From Mobula hypostoma (Eukaryota): a stretch of 64,000 nucleotides of DNA. Below are positions 25,858-39,130 of this stretch, piece after piece (the stretch's first letter is position 1; each line of letters opens with the position of its first letter). Under the pieces are notes generated by a model. The model was not told where the DNA came from, made no database searches, and was given only the letters and a program-made list of their open reading frames with translations. A program made the translations under genes and the position numbers. The stretch lies in contig NC_086109.1 in NCBI RefSeq assembly GCF_963921235.1, positions 7,380,001 through 7,444,000 on the forward strand, read 5' to 3'.

Positions 25858-27312
25858 GATTCTGGCATGGTCCCGGAGGACTGGAAGATTGTAAATGTCA
25901 CTCCACTCTTTAAGAAAGGAGGAAGGCAAAAGAAATGAAATGAAAGGTCAGTTAGCCCAACCTCAGTGGTTGGGAATGTGTTGGAGTCTATTAATAAGGA
26001 CGAGGTTTTGAGGTACTTGGAGACTAATGATAAAATAAGTCAGCGTGGTTTCTGTGAAGGGGAATCTTGCCTGACAAATCTGTTAGAGTTATTCGAGGAA
26101 GTAGCAAGCAGGGTGGACAAAGGAGAAGCAGTGGATTTTCAGAAGTCATTTGATAAGATGCCACACATGAGACTACTTAACAAGATAAAAATCTTATCAT
26201 GTTAGAGGACACATACTGGCATGGATAGAGGAATGGATGCCAGACAGGAGGCAGTAAGTAGGAATAAATGTGACCCTTTCTGGCTGGCTGCCAGTGACTA
26301 GTGGTGTTCCTCTGGGGTCAGTATTGGGACCACTACTTTTCACATTGTTTGTCCGTGATTTAGATAATAGAATTGATGGCTTTGTGGCAAAGTTTGCGGA
26401 TGATACGAAGATAGCTGGAGGGGTAGGTAGTGCTGAGGAAGCAACGTGATTGAAGCAGGACTTAGACAAATTGGAAGAATGGGCAAAAAAGTGGCAGGTG
26501 GAATATAGGTATTGGGAAATGTATGATAATGCATTTTGGTAAAAGGAACAATAGTGTGGACTATTATCTAAATGGGGAGAAGGTTCAAACATCAGAGGTG
26601 CAGATGGACTTAGGAGTCCTCGTGCAAGACTCCCAGAAGGTTAATTTATGGGTTGAGTCTGTGGTTAAGAAGGCAAATGAAATATTGGCATTTATTTCAA
26701 GGGGAATAGAATATAAAAACAAGCAGATAATGTTAAAGCTTGATAAGACACTAATCAGGCCACACAGAGTATTGTCAACAGTTCTGGGCCCCGTATCTCA
26801 GAAAGGATGTGTTGTTATTGGAGAGAATCCAGAGGAGGGTCAGGAGGATGATCCAAGAATGAAAGGGTTAACATAAGAGGAGCATTTGGCAGCTTTGGGC
26901 CTGTACTCACTAGAATTTAGAAGAATGCGGGGGGATCTCACTGAAACCTATCGAATGTTGAAAGGATTAGATAGGGTGGATGTGGAGAGGATGTTTCCTC
27001 TGGTGGGGTTATCCAGAACTAGAAAGCACAGCCTCAAAACTGAGGGGTGACCTTTTAGAACAGAGGTAAGGAGGTAATTTCCAGAGAGTAGTAAATCTGT
27101 GTAATGCTCTGCCGCAGACTCTGGTAGAGGCCATGTCCATGGATGTATTTAAGGTGAAAGATGATCATTTCCTGATCGGTCAGGGCATCAAAGGATATGG
27201 TGAGAAGGCAGGTGTACGGGGTTGAGTGGGATCCGGGATCAGCCATGATGGAATGGTGGAGCAAACTCGATGGGCTGAATGGCCTAATCTGCTCCTATGT
27301 CTTATGGTCTTA
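25858..27312 (+). mobile_element. CR1 LINE RT region to 3' end (decayed)
   Basis: SCLTNLLE, DFQKSFDK, KFADD, DLGVLV motifs with stops and frameshifts; tcttatggtctt tail. Confidence 0.9.
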
Positions 27313-28674
27313 AATCTCAGTGGTTGGCCCAGGTTGGTTCTATGGCCCAGGGCAGATGGTGGTGAGCATGTGGAAGGAACTGTCAGAGAAACTGGTCGAG
27401 GCAGGTATGATAGTATCACTTAACAAGCACTTGGATCGGTTCCCAGAGGGATGGGCCTCGGAGGGTCATGGGCTGAATGCAGGAAATTAGGATGGTGGGG
27501 GTGGGCACCATTTGCAGCATTAAGACCAGGACTGTTAGAATGGGAAAAAGCATCTTCCCCCCAGGCCATGAACTACTGAAGTCTCTGGCACTGCCCAGGT
27601 CAAGAGTCCATCTTATTGTACGAGGGAACTACTTAACAGTGAGGTAGAATCTGTCCTTGAACCCAGTGGTATGTGCTTTCTGGCTTTTGTATCTTCTGCC
27701 TGGTGGAAGAGGAGAGAAGAGGGACTATCTGAGGTGGGTGGGGTCTTTGGTTATGCTGGCTGCTTTACTGAGGCAGCGAGAAGTATAGACAGAGTCCATA
27801 GAGGGGGGGACTAGTTTTTGTGATGTGCTGAGCTGTGTCCACACTCTGTTGTTTCCTGCAGTCATGGCCAGAGCACTTGCCGTATCAAGCTGCTCTGTAT
27901 GCAGATAGGATGCATTCTTTCATTCTTTGATAAAAATTGGTAACATAATGGGGACATAATAGTTTTTTTTTAGCCTTCTGAGGAAATAGAGGCATTGTTC
28001 AGGTTTCTTGGCCGTGATGTTCTTTGGGTGAGTCTTGAGAAGGTTGCAGAGAGACTTCAGCATGATTTGGACCGGTTGTGGGAGCGGGCAGATACACAAG
28101 AGATGCAGGTAGGTATGTCAGCATAGTCGTGTAGCAGATAGTGTAACCAGTGACCCATGTACAGTTCCTGTCACTATCTGTAGGTTTCCTCCAGATACCC
28201 CAGTTTCCTCACACATTCCAAAGCTAGTAGGCTAATTGTTCACATGAGTGTAAATGGGCCATGTTGGCCGTCTACATCTCCAGTGCATTTGCCCATTCAC
28301 TCAACAGGTCAAATCATGCTGCACTCTTTCTGCATCCTTCATAAGGCTCATCTATAGACATCACAGTCAAGAAAGCTCACCAGCTCTTCTGTTTCCTCAG
28401 GAGCTAAAGAAACTTGCCATGTCCTCGTCGACCCTTACCAATTTTATCAAAGCACCACAGACAGTATCCTGTTGCAAAATGGTTTGATGTCATTATCATG
28501 TTGTATCTCCAAATAAATAAATAAACAAACAAACAAACAAATAGATAGACAGATAAGCAACACACACAAAATGCTGGAGGAACTCAGCAGGCCAGACAGC
28601 ATCTATGGAAGAGTCAATGTTTCAGGCTGCGACCTTCTTCAGGACTGGAAGGGAGGGAGGAAGGTGCCAAAAGG

Positions 28675-29787
28675 AGCAGCATCTTCAACACCATCACACT
28701 GAGCATGGGGCCCCCCAGGGCTGTGTACTCAGTCCACTGCTGTTCACTCTGCTGACCCACGACTGTGCAGAAATACACAGCTTGAATTACATCATCAAGT
28801 TTGTCGATAACACGACCGTGGCGGGTCTCATCAGCAAGAACGATGAGTCAGCATACAGAGAGGAGGTGCAGCGACTAACAGACTGGTGCAGAGTCAACAA
28901 CCTGTCTCTGAATGCGAACAAAACAAAAGAGATGGTTGTTGGCTTCAGGAGAACACGGAGCGACCACTCTCCACTGAACATTGACGGCTCTTCCGTTGAG
29001 ATCTTTAAGAGCACCAAATTTCTTGGTTTTCACCTGGCGGAGAATCTCACCTGGTCCCTCAACACCAGCTCCATAGCCAAGAAAGCCCAGCAGCATCTCT
29101 ACTTTCTGTGAAGGCTGAGAAAAGTCCATCTCCCACCACATTCTACAGAGGTTGTATTGAGAGCATCCTGAGTGGCTGCATCACTGCCTGGTTCGGGAAT
29201 TGCACCGTCTCGGGTTGCAAGACCCTGCAGCGGATAGTGAGATCAACTGAGAAGATCATCGGGGTCTCTCTTCCCGCTATTACAGACATTTACACCACAC
29301 GCTGTGCCCGCAAAGCTAACAGTATTGTGGAGGACCCCACGCACCCCTCATACAAACTCTTCTCCCTCCTGCCATCTGGCAAAAGGCACCGAAGCATTCG
29401 GGCTCTCACGACCAGACTGTGCAACAGTTTCTTCCCCCAAGCCATCAGACTCCTAAGTACTCAGAGTCTAGACTGACATCTACATCATTTATTATTATAT
29501 TGTAATTTGTCCTCTACTGTGCCTATTGTCTTGTTTATTAATTATTGTTCTGCCCTGCACTGTTTTGTGCACTTTATGTAGTCCTGTGCAGGTCTGTAGT
29601 CTAGTGTAGTTTTTATGTTGTTTTACGTAGTCTAGTGTAGCCTTGTGCTGTCTCACATAGTCTAGTGTAGTTTTGTGTTGTTCCATGTAGCATCAGGGTC
29701 CTGGAGGAACGTTGTTTCATTTTTACTGTGTACTGTTCCAGCAGCTTATGGTCAAAATGACAATAAATTTGACTTGACTTGACTTGA
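28675..29787 (+). mobile_element. Rex1/Babar-like LINE, RT core to 3' end
   Basis: GAPQGCVLSPLLFTLLTHDC, KTKEMVV, KFLG, ESILSGCITAWFGN, NSFFPQAIRLL; (GACTT)n tail. Confidence 0.9.
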
Positions 29788-29874
29788 AAATAAGAAGTTG
29801 GGGGGGAGAGGAGGAGGCTAGCTGGAAGGTGATAGGTAAAGCCAGGTGGGTGGGAAAGGTAAAGGGAAGGAGCG

Positions 29875-30516
29875 ACAGCGCACGTAGCCTCTCCAGTGAT
29901 GAATATCTGTTACCTGTCAAGTAGGGAACCGTGCACAATTCTGATTTGATGGAGACAGACGTGAGTGCATAGCGGAACATCTGGAAAACTTCTGTAATGT
30001 CTGCTTTGCTATCGCTGCTACTGTGTAGTAACCGGAATCTGTGGAGTTGAAGGCCTCGAAATCCTCGGCTTTGCGTGTTTCAGCGGTCGGGGAGAGGTTG
30101 AAGGCGCTCGGGGGCTGTATCGGAAAGGCTGTTCGGAAGCTCAGAGTTTTTGGACGGATGGACTCCGTGTCGGCTGTGGTCGGCTGCTTCCAAGGTATCG
30201 GCAAGTTGACGGTGCCTGGAGGTTTATGGCAGGGAGTTTCTCCCTTTTGCCGCCTGCTATCGGGGACTTAGGAGTCAATCGACTCGGGACTTTGAGACTA
30301 TTTTTTTTACTGTGTCTATGGACTGTTGTTCATCAAATTATGGTATTGCTTTGCACTGCTGTAACTATATGGTATAATTATGTGGTTTCGTCAGTGTTAG
30401 TCTTAGGTCTGTGTTGTTTTCTGTGATATCACGCCAGAGAAACATTGTATCATTTCTTAATGCATGTATGCATTTCTAAATGACAGTAAAGGAGGACTGA
30501 GTGTTCTCATAATCTA
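29875..30516 (+). mobile_element. CpG-rich non-autonomous retroposon; second copy 57620-58243(-)
   Basis: The two copies align in opposite orientation (ccgtgcacaat.c.gatttgatgg..cagctgtga, tatggtattgctttgcactg); aaatgaca.taaa 3' end is similar to Rex1-like tails. Confidence 0.65.
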
Positions 30517-31746
30517 AAAAAATGTATTATCCATTTTGCTGGCAATACAGGAGGGCAGATTGTTACCTGTATGACAAGGTGCAACAGGGCTGTAGCCTCC
30601 TTGTACATCTGTGATAAAAAAAGAGGTGAAGGGCATTTGAGCATAAGAGCAGGGATGCCCAACTGTCATCATTTGTGAGGACCATGGTGAGACCGCATCT
30701 TGAGGAGAGCATCGAGTTGTTTTCCTCTCGGTGAGGGAAGGATGTTCTTGCCGTGGAGGGAGCTCAGGACAGGTTCACCCATCTGATCTCTGGGGTGCAG
30801 AGCTGATCTGTGAAGGAAAACCAGGTGGCTTTATTGATCTTGTCACGGAATGGTTTGACTTTTCCCAATCAGTGCAGGAGAATGCAAAACAGCTCCATAG
30901 TAACTATCCTTTGTTCACACATTGCATTTACTGGCTGACGCATCGTTACTATAAAAAGACCTTCTGCAGCCCAACGCAGAATCTATTGACTCACTCCCGG
31001 GGACGTTGAAGTGAATCATTACCAACACACAGACAGCTTCTAAAGGAGTCGCACTCCCATGAAGGTTCTCAGAAATGAAGCAGCAAGGACAGAAATTCTC
31101 AATGCAATGGAATATTTTCATAGAGGTTATACCATGAGGAAACAGGCCCTTCGGACCAACTAATCCCTGCTCATCCGATTTGCTAGCAGGTGGTCCATAA
31201 CCCTCAAACCCTTCCAATCCATTGTAATTCTGCCCATCGCTACTGCTTCCACTGGCAAACCCACCATCCTTAGCGTGGAGAAACTTGCCTCCCTGATCCA
31301 CGTAAATGCCGTCACTCTTCGAAATGGCAAGCTGTTGGCCACCCTTCTCGCTGTGGCAGGAGCGATATCTCTCTCTCCCTCGTTAGTGAGAGAGAGCCTG
31401 TCTGGGATGGACAGTAATGTTTTCAATGCACTCTAGATCACTGCCTCTGGGGGCTTTGCTGTTGCTTGCATCTTGGTTGGCGGGGGTGATTCTTTTGCTG
31501 GAGCAAGTTGGGGGAGAAGTGTTGATGGTTTTACTACTGCTTGTGTGTGGGAGGAGGGGACTTTGGGGTTCTAACATTTTTCTGTCATTCATTCTTTGGG
31601 CTTTTTTTCTCTCTGTTTTGTGGATGTCTGTGAAGAGTAAGGATTTCAGGTTGTATACTATATACATTCTCTGATATTAAATTGAATCTTTGAACTAATT
31701 CAACTTAATCTGAATCCTTAGTTTTAGACTCCTCTACAATGCGAGA

Positions 31747-32043
31747 GTGTGGGCATGTGGCCAAGTGGTTAAGGCATTGGACTAGTGACCTGAAGGTCGT
31801 GCGTTCGAGCTCCAGTCGAGGGAACGTGTTGTGTCTTTGAGCAAGGTACTTAATCACACATTGCTTTGCGACGACACTGGTGCAAAGCTGTATGGATCCA
31901 AATGCCCTTCCCTTGGACAACATCGGTGTCGTGGAGAGGGGAGACTTGCAGCATGGGCAACTGCTGGTCTTCCATACAACCTTGCCCAGGCCTGCGCCCT
32001 GGAGAGTGAAGACTTTCCAGGTGCAGATCCATGGTCTCGCAAG
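31747..32043 (+). mobile_element. tRNA-derived SINE
   Basis: A box tggccaagtgg, B box gttcgagct, then a gtgtctttgagcaaggtacttaa body; 11-bp TSD acaatgcgaga / acaatgtgaga. Confidence 0.85.
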
Positions 32044-32497
32044 ACAATGTGAGAACGACTCTCCCTACCCTATCCATGCCTCCTATAGTTGAATAAGTCT
32101 CAACCTCCCCTCCTTTGCTGCAGGAAAAACAGTTTCATACTATCAATTTTTCCGTATTATCCAATGCCTTCGCAATGAAGGCAAGCATACCATAGGCACT
32201 CATCGCCACTCATTCTCAGAGAGCCATGTGGTTGTACCCCTGGACAGTATTCAGTAACACTGTCCAGGGCCCTGCTATTCATTGAGTGTGTCCTGTCCTG
32301 GTTTAACTCCACTTCTCCCTGCCTCAGTAAAGCAGCCAACCGAATCAGGGATTCCATCCACTTTGGACATTCGCTCTTCTCCCCTCTTCTATTGAACAGA
32401 AGTTACAAAAGCTTGAAAGTACGTACCGGCAGGCTCACAGACAACTTCTATCCTATTGATATCAGACTCTTGTACTCCTGGTTGCACAATATACTGT

Positions 32498-32761
32498 CAA
32501 CACACACAAAAATTGCTGGTGAACGCAGCAGGCCAGGAAGCTTCTCTAGGAAGAGGTACAGTCGACGTTTCGGGCCGAGACCCTTCATCAGGACTAACTG
32601 AAAGAAGAGAACTATCTCTTCTTTCAGTTAGTCCTGACGAAGGGTCTCGGCCCAAAACGTCAAATGTGCCTCTTCCTAGAGATGCTGCCTGGCCTGCTGC
32701 ATTCACCAGCACTTTTTGTGTGTGTTGGTTGAAATTCCAGCATCTGCAAATTTCCTCATGT
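32498..32761. mobile_element. Penelope-derived fold-back element with about 113-bp arms
   Basis: Arms 32498-32610 and 32615-32727 around a 4-nt loop; perfect 16-bp TSD ttgcacaatatactgt (32482-32497, 32762-32777). Confidence 0.9.
32559..32596 (-). ncRNA. Minimal type I hammerhead ribozyme motif (Penelope-associated)
   Basis: UAGUC-CUGAUGA-A-GGGU(CUCG)GCCC-GAAA-CG-UC^GACUG: intact core, stem I, stem II, and a palindromic ACGU in place of stem III. Confidence 0.75.
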
Positions 32762-33486
32762 TTGCACAATATACTGTGTCGTGTTACGATTTTGCACTTC
32801 GTTGCTTACCTGCACTGCACTTCCTCTGTGGCTTTTAGACATTTTATCTTGTTCTCCCTCAATGCTCTGTGTAATGATCTATTTAATTATTTAACAACAC
32901 ACTGTGGAGTTGGCCCTTCCAGCTGTGTCAGTCCAGCAATCCCTGATGCCCCTGGTTTAACCCTAACCTGATCACGGGGCAATCTATCATCGTCAATTAA
33001 CCGGCCTGGTACATCTTTAGACTGTGGGAGAAAACCAGAGCACCTGGGGAAAACACATGCATTCCACAGGGAAGATGTACAGAGACCTTACAGGTGACAT
33101 CAGTATTGAACTCTGAACTCCAGTATCCTGAGCTGTAATAGTATTGTGTTAACTGTGCTAACTGGCACCCATTTGATTCTGAATGAACAGTATGTAAGAC
33201 AAGCTTTTCACTGTGTCTTGGTACATGTGACAACAATAAACCAATAACAAAACTTCTCACTTGTCTCTTACAAACTGGTTGATGCTCAAGTTGGTGCGGT
33301 CTTTCATCAATTCCGTAATGGTTATTACTCTATTATAAATTTATTGAGCATGTCTGCAAGAAAATGAATCTCAGGGTTGCCTATGGTAACATGTATGTTC
33401 TTTGGCTATAAATTTACTTTGAACTTTGAGTTAAATTCCATCTACCAATCCTTTATCGATTTGCCCAGTTGGAATAATCTCGATTT

Positions 33487-34336
33487 CCACTTTATTAGGT
33501 ATTAGGTACAGGACGTACTTAATGGCCACTGAGTGTGTATTGATGGCCTTCTGCTGCTCCAGCCCATCCACTGCAATATCTGGTGTGCTGTGTGTTCAGA
33601 GATGCTCTTCTTCTCACCACCGTTGCAACACATGGTTCTTTGAATAAGCAGGACTAGGACTGCCAGACTGGGTAACAGCTTCTTCTCTCAGGCTGGGAGA
33701 CTAATGAATACCCTGCCACACCAGGGTCTTGACACCAGGGCAGCGAGCTGTTTACTGTTTACCTGTGCAGCAAACTACAAGCACTTTGAATTATATTTTA
33801 CTAATGTATTTGTGGTAATATTTTGCTTTATGTACCTTGTGCAATGTATATTTTGTGGGTGCACCGTGGTCCAGGCTAAATTCTATATATTGGCCGTTTA
33901 TTTGTACAGTCAGAAAATAAACTTGAACTTGAAAAGTTACTGTCGCCCTCCTGTCAGTTTGGACCAATCTGGTCATTCTCCTCTAACCTTTCTCATTAAC
34001 AGGGTGTTTTCACGCACAGAACCTCCACTCAATGGATGTTTTTTTGTTTTACACACCATTCTCTGTAAATTCTAGAGACTGTTGTGCATGAAAATCCCGG
34101 AAGATCAGCAGTTTCTGAGATAGTCAAACCACCCCATCTGGCGCCAACAATCACTCCACAGTCAAGGTCACTTAGTTCACGTTTCTTCCCCATTCTGATG
34201 TTTGCTCTGAACACCAAACCTTTTGACCATGTCTGTATGCTTTTATGCACTGAGTTGCTGCCACATGATTGGCTGATTAGATATTTGCATTAACGAGCAG
34301 GGGTGCAGGTGTACCTAATAACATGGCCTCTGAGTA
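33487..34336 (-). mobile_element. Tc1-derived transposon with Rex1-like insert (about 33645-33932)
   Basis: ORF 34029..34250(-): MGKKRELSDLDCGVIVGARWGGLTISETADL..TTVSRIYREW. Confidence 0.85.
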
Positions 34337-34625
34337 TCGTGGTTGGTATCTAATGTTACAGTTGTAGAAGATGTTGGTAAGCCTGCATTTGGAATATTGT
34401 TTTGAGTTTTGGTCAGCCTGCTATAGGAAAGATATTCATTAAGCTGGAAAGAGTGTAGAGGAGATTAACAAGGATGTTACCAGAATACAACCTCAATCTT
34501 TGGAGCATAGGATACTGAGAAATGATTTTATAACATACAACATAGAACATAGACAAGGGAGATTCTGCAGATGCTGGAAATCCGGAGCAACAGACAAAAT
34601 GCTGGAGGAATTCAACAGGTCAGAC

Positions 34626-35015
34626 TGTCACAATCACAGATTCAGCTGCGTAGCAGATTCAGCAATTGCGCTTGTGAATATGCACGTGTCAGCTAATTAT
34701 GATTTCATTGTGATGGTATTTAACTCCCTTCTTTTCGTTGTATCGCTTGTCAAGACTTGAGAAAAGTGCAGCAACATTTCGTTGCCTGCTTGCATTTGGC
34801 CTTGCCTGAGAAATTGGACTGTCGAGTCAACTGACGCCGAAGACTGGCGGTATTCATTTCCTATTTAGATATTCTTTTCAGCCGCCGTGTTAGCATCCAG
34901 TTTTGCATTTGAGAGTTTTAGTTAATAACCCTGTTTTCCCTTAAAGTACTGTTCACATTACAGTCTGCGAACTGTCGACCTGCTTCAGTGTCTCTCACTC
35001 TCCGCGCCTGGGCCA
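34626..35015 (+). mobile_element. Solo LTR-like insertion in a Penelope fold-back; second copy about 51285-51707(-)
   Basis: Begins TGTCACAA and ends GGCCA; 5-bp TSD-like cagac / caggc; homologous to 51308-51707 in reverse orientation. Confidence 0.65.
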
Positions 35016-36358
35016 CAGGCAGCATCTACGGAGGGGAATAAACAGTTGACATTTCAAGCCAAGCTCCTTCATTAGGGCAAGAAAGGAAGAAGGTTATCCC
35101 TATTCCAGTCCTGAGGAAGGGTCTTGGCCTAAAACGTTGAGTTTATTCGTTTCTGACCTGCCTGACCTGCAGAGTTCCTCCAGCGTTGTGTGGATGCTGC
35201 TCAATATTGCCAGCATCCGGAGCATCTCTTGTGTTTAGTCTCTAAATTTTGAACAGACCCCTTGGAGCAACTCATCCACGTTGACCGAGACGCCTATCTC
35301 AGCCAGTCCCATTTGCCTGCAATTGGCCCATATCCATCTAGACCAGGGGTTCCCAATCCTTTTTAAGCCATGAGTCCAGACCATTAATCGAGGGATCCGT
35401 GGACCTCAGATTGGGAACCCCTGCTCTGAACTTTTCCTATCAACGTACCTGCCCAAGTGCCTTTTATTATCATTATCATACCTGCCTGAGAAACTTCCTT
35501 TGGCCACCTGTTCCATATACACATCACCTTCTGTGTACCTTCTGCCTGATGGGAGAGGAGAGAAGAGAGAATGTCTGAAGTTGGTGGGTTTTTAATTATG
35601 CTGGCTGCTTTACTGAGGCAGTGAGAAGTGTAGACAGAGTCCATGGAGGGGGAGCTGTACTGGCGGTCAATACGTAAGGACATACATTAAAGGTGATTAG
35701 AGGTGTCGGAGGTAGTTTCTGTTTAGCAGAGAGTGATAAGTACCTGAAATCACTACTGGGGTTGGTGACAGAGGTGGATACAATAAGAACATTTAAGAGT
35801 CTCTTAGATAGTCAGATGGATCAAAGAAAATGGAGGGTTATGGGTTAAGTAGGAGAGAAGGGTTAGGTTTTCTTGGAGTAGATGAAAGGTTGGCACAACA
35901 TTGTGGGTCAAGTGCCCATACTGTGTTGCATAGTTCTATGTTCTGTAACAATCTGCGAGAGCAGGGGTTCCCAATCTGGGGTCCATGGAACCCCTCGGCT
36001 AGTGGTAAAGGTCCATGGCATAAGAAAGTTTGGGAACCCCGGTGCTGGAGGAACTCGGCAGGTCTAGCAGCATCTGTGGAGGGAAAGGAACTGTCGTTGT
36101 CTTGGGATGAAACCCTACCTCAGGATCTGCCCAACCCACTGACTTCTTCCTTTAGATCGTTTGTTGCCCCAGATTCCAGCAGTTGTAACTTCAGCCAGCT
36201 CCATCATGGGCACGAGCTGCCCCGGCATCGACATCTTCAAAAAATGATCCATCATTAAACACCCCCATCACCCTTTTCTCATTGCTACCATCAGGGAGGA
36301 GGTACAGGAGCTTGAAGAGACACACTCAACATTTCAGCAACAGACTCTACCCCTCAGC

Positions 36359-36702
36359 TACACACATAAAAGTTGCTAGTGAACGCAGCAGGCCAGGAAG
36401 CATCTCTAGGAAGAGGAACAGTCGACGTTTCGGGCCGAGACCTTTCGTCAGGACTAACTTGAAGAAGAGCTAGTAAGAGATTTGAAAGTGGGAGGGGCGA
36501 GGGAGATCCAAAATGATAGGAGAAGACAGGAGGGGGAGGGATGGAGCCAAGAGCTGGACAGATGATTGGCAAAGGGGATATGAGAGGATCATGGGACAGG
36601 AGGCCCAGGGAGAAGGAAAAGGGGGAGGGGAGGAAAATCCAGAGGATGGGCAAGGGGTATAGTCAGAGGGACAGAGGGAGAAAAAGGAGACAGAGAAAAA
36701 GA

Positions 36703-36737
<35 letters not shown>

Positions 36738-37018
36738 TATATAATAAATAAATAACAGATGAGGTACGAGGGGGAGGTGGGGGATTAGCGGAAGTTAGAG
36801 TAGTCGATGTTCATGCCATCAGGTTGGAGGCTACCCAGACGGAATATAAGGTGTTGTTCCTCCAACCTGAGTGTGGCTTCATCTTTACAGTAGAGGAGGC
36901 CGTGGATAGACATATCAGAATGGGAATGGGACGTGGAGTTAAAATGTGTGGCCACTGGGAGATCCTGCTTTCGCTGGCGGACAGAGCGTAGGTGTTCAGC
37001 GAAACGATCTCCCAGTCT
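36359..37018 (-). mobile_element. Young 5'-truncated Penelope-like element
   Basis: Open RLGDRFAEHLRSV..VATHFNS..LEEQHLIFRLGSLQPDGMNID frame; hammerhead-like motif at 36419-36456; 13-bp TSD tctacccctcagc (36346-36358, 37016-37028). Confidence 0.9.
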
Positions 37019-37559
37019 ACCCCTCAGCCACCAGATTTCTGAATGGACATCGAACCCCTGAACACTACCTCACTATTTCATCCGTTTATTTTGCTCTCTT
37101 TTTGCACCACTGATTTAATTTATCTATATATTCATTATTGTAATGTACTACACTGTACTGCTGCACAACAACAAATTCTATGACAGACAGAATGTCAGTG
37201 ACAACAAACCCGATTCTGATTCATTCTAGTGTCTCTTAAAAATTCCCTCTGCCATCAACCCCCTGCATTGGCGAACATGGCCGTCTTATAAGCTGGTTCA
37301 GATAATTAAAAGCCATGACTTGCCTTAAAATGATAAAGAAATTACTGAATAACTTTAATGAATAGAATATCAGAATATGGGTTAAACAAAAGTGACTTAT
37401 CTAACAAATTGAATGAAGAGGTTTTGGCTATTAAATCAACTTTGTCTAATTTAGTTTCATGTAAAAGCCAGTGAATAGATTTGAAGCAGCAGATTGTAAA
37501 AAACTATTTCTATTCAAATCGGCCAGCGGTACAAGGAGCGAAATGCAGTCATACCATCT

Positions 37560-38222
37560 TGGGGTTTGGATGGGGTGGAGTTTGTTAGGTGTGTTCAGGA
37601 AGGTTTCCTGACACAAGATGTAGGTAAGCCTACAAGAGGAGACTCTATACTTGATCTGGTATTGGGAAATGAACCTGGTCAGGTGTCAAGTCTCTCAGTG
37701 TGAAGCATTTTGGAGATAGTGATCACAATTCTACTTCCTTTACCATAGCATTGGAGTGGGATAGGAACAGACAAGTTATGAAAGCGTTTAATTGGAGTAA
37801 GGGGAAATATGAAGCTATCAGGCATGAACCTGGAAGCATAAATTGGGAACAGATGTTCTCAGGGAAATTAATGACAGAAATGTGGCAAATATTCAGGGAG
37901 TATTTGTGTGGCATTCTGCATAGTTACGTTCCAATGAGACAGGGAAAGGATGGTAGGGTACAGGAACCGTGGTGTACAAAGGCTGTTGTAACTCTAGTCA
38001 AGAAGAAAATAAAAGCTTATAAAAGGTTCAAAAAACTACGTAATGATAGAGATCTTGAAGATTATAAGGCTAGCAGGAAGGAGCTTAAGAATTAAGAGAA
38101 GGCCTTGGCGAGCAGGATTAAGGAAAACCCCAAGGCATTCTACAAGTCTGTGAAAAGCAAGAGGTTAAGATTTGACAGAACAGGACCAATCAAGTGTGAC
38201 AGTGGAAAAGTGTATATGGAAA
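37560..38222 (+). mobile_element. CR1 LINE internal fragment (APE endonuclease C-terminus / linker)
   Basis: LDLVLGNE, HFGDSDHNS, PWCTK and KENPKAFY motifs. Confidence 0.85.
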
Positions 38223-38669
38223 CATGTTTCATTTGTGTTGGTAGAAGCTAACTGCTCTGCCTGAACATATTTGGTTGTTAGAACGTAGAACAGAGAACAT
38301 TACAGTCCTGCCGATCACGGTGTTCTGCCAAACCTTCTAACTGACTCAAAGATCAATTTACCCCAGCGGTTCCCAACCTGGGGTCGGCAGACCTCTTGAT
38401 TAATGGAAAATCTCCATGGCATAAAAAAGGTTGGGAACCCTGATCTAAACTTTCCCTCCTACATAGCCCTTACTTTTTCTATCATCCGTGTACCTATCTA
38501 AGAGTCCTTTAAGTGTCCCTAATATATCTGTCTCTACACCACCCCAGCAGTCTGTTCCAAGCACTCAACACTCTCTGTGTTTTAAAAATACATACATCTG
38601 ACATTCTACCTATACTTTCCTCCAGCGAAGAAATTGATATTCTGCTGACTGTAAAGTGGTTTCACTTGG

Positions 38670-39130
38670 ATTAACTGCTGGGACTGCAGGACCTGAGTGG
38701 TAAGGATAGTTTGAATAGGTTAGGACCTTATACCTTGGAACTTAGAAGGTTGAGGGGAGTTTGATAGAGGGATACAAAATTATAAGGCTTTTTAAGAAAA
38801 ACAGGCTTTTTCCACTGAGGTTAGGTGGGACTACAACCCAAAGTCAAAGGTTAAGGGTGAAAGGTGAGAAGTTTAAAGGGAACATGAGGGGAAACTTTTT
38901 CACTCAGAGGGTCGTGAGAGTGTGGAACAAAATGTCAGCCCAAGTGGTGCATGTGAGCTCAATTTGAATACTGAAGAGAAGTTTGGGTAGGTACGCCGAT
39001 GGTAGGGGTATGCAGGGCTATAGTCCAGTGGCAGGTCGATGGGAGTAGACAGTTTTTAAATAGTTCGGCACAGATTGGGGATGGGCTGAAGGCTCTGTTT
39101 CTGTGCTGTACTTTTCTGTGACTCTATGAC
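38670..39130 (+). mobile_element. CR1 LINE 3' fragment
   Basis: ORF 38761..38967: LRVKGEKFKGNMRGNFFTQRVVRVWN. Confidence 0.85.

Noticed and set aside
31751..31822. tRNA gene
   Set aside because: A and B boxes are present, but the sequence runs into a SINE body bounded by TSDs and has no convincing acceptor stem.
32456..32971. 171-aa ORF
   Set aside because: It spans the fold-back repeat and the adjacent SINE, and the same peptide appears on the opposite strand.
37370..37475. Coiled-coil-like frame GLNKSDLSNKLNEEVLAIKSTLSNLVS
   Set aside because: Short, bounded by stops, and lacking good splice sites; it cannot be assigned (possibly a LINE ORF1 relic).
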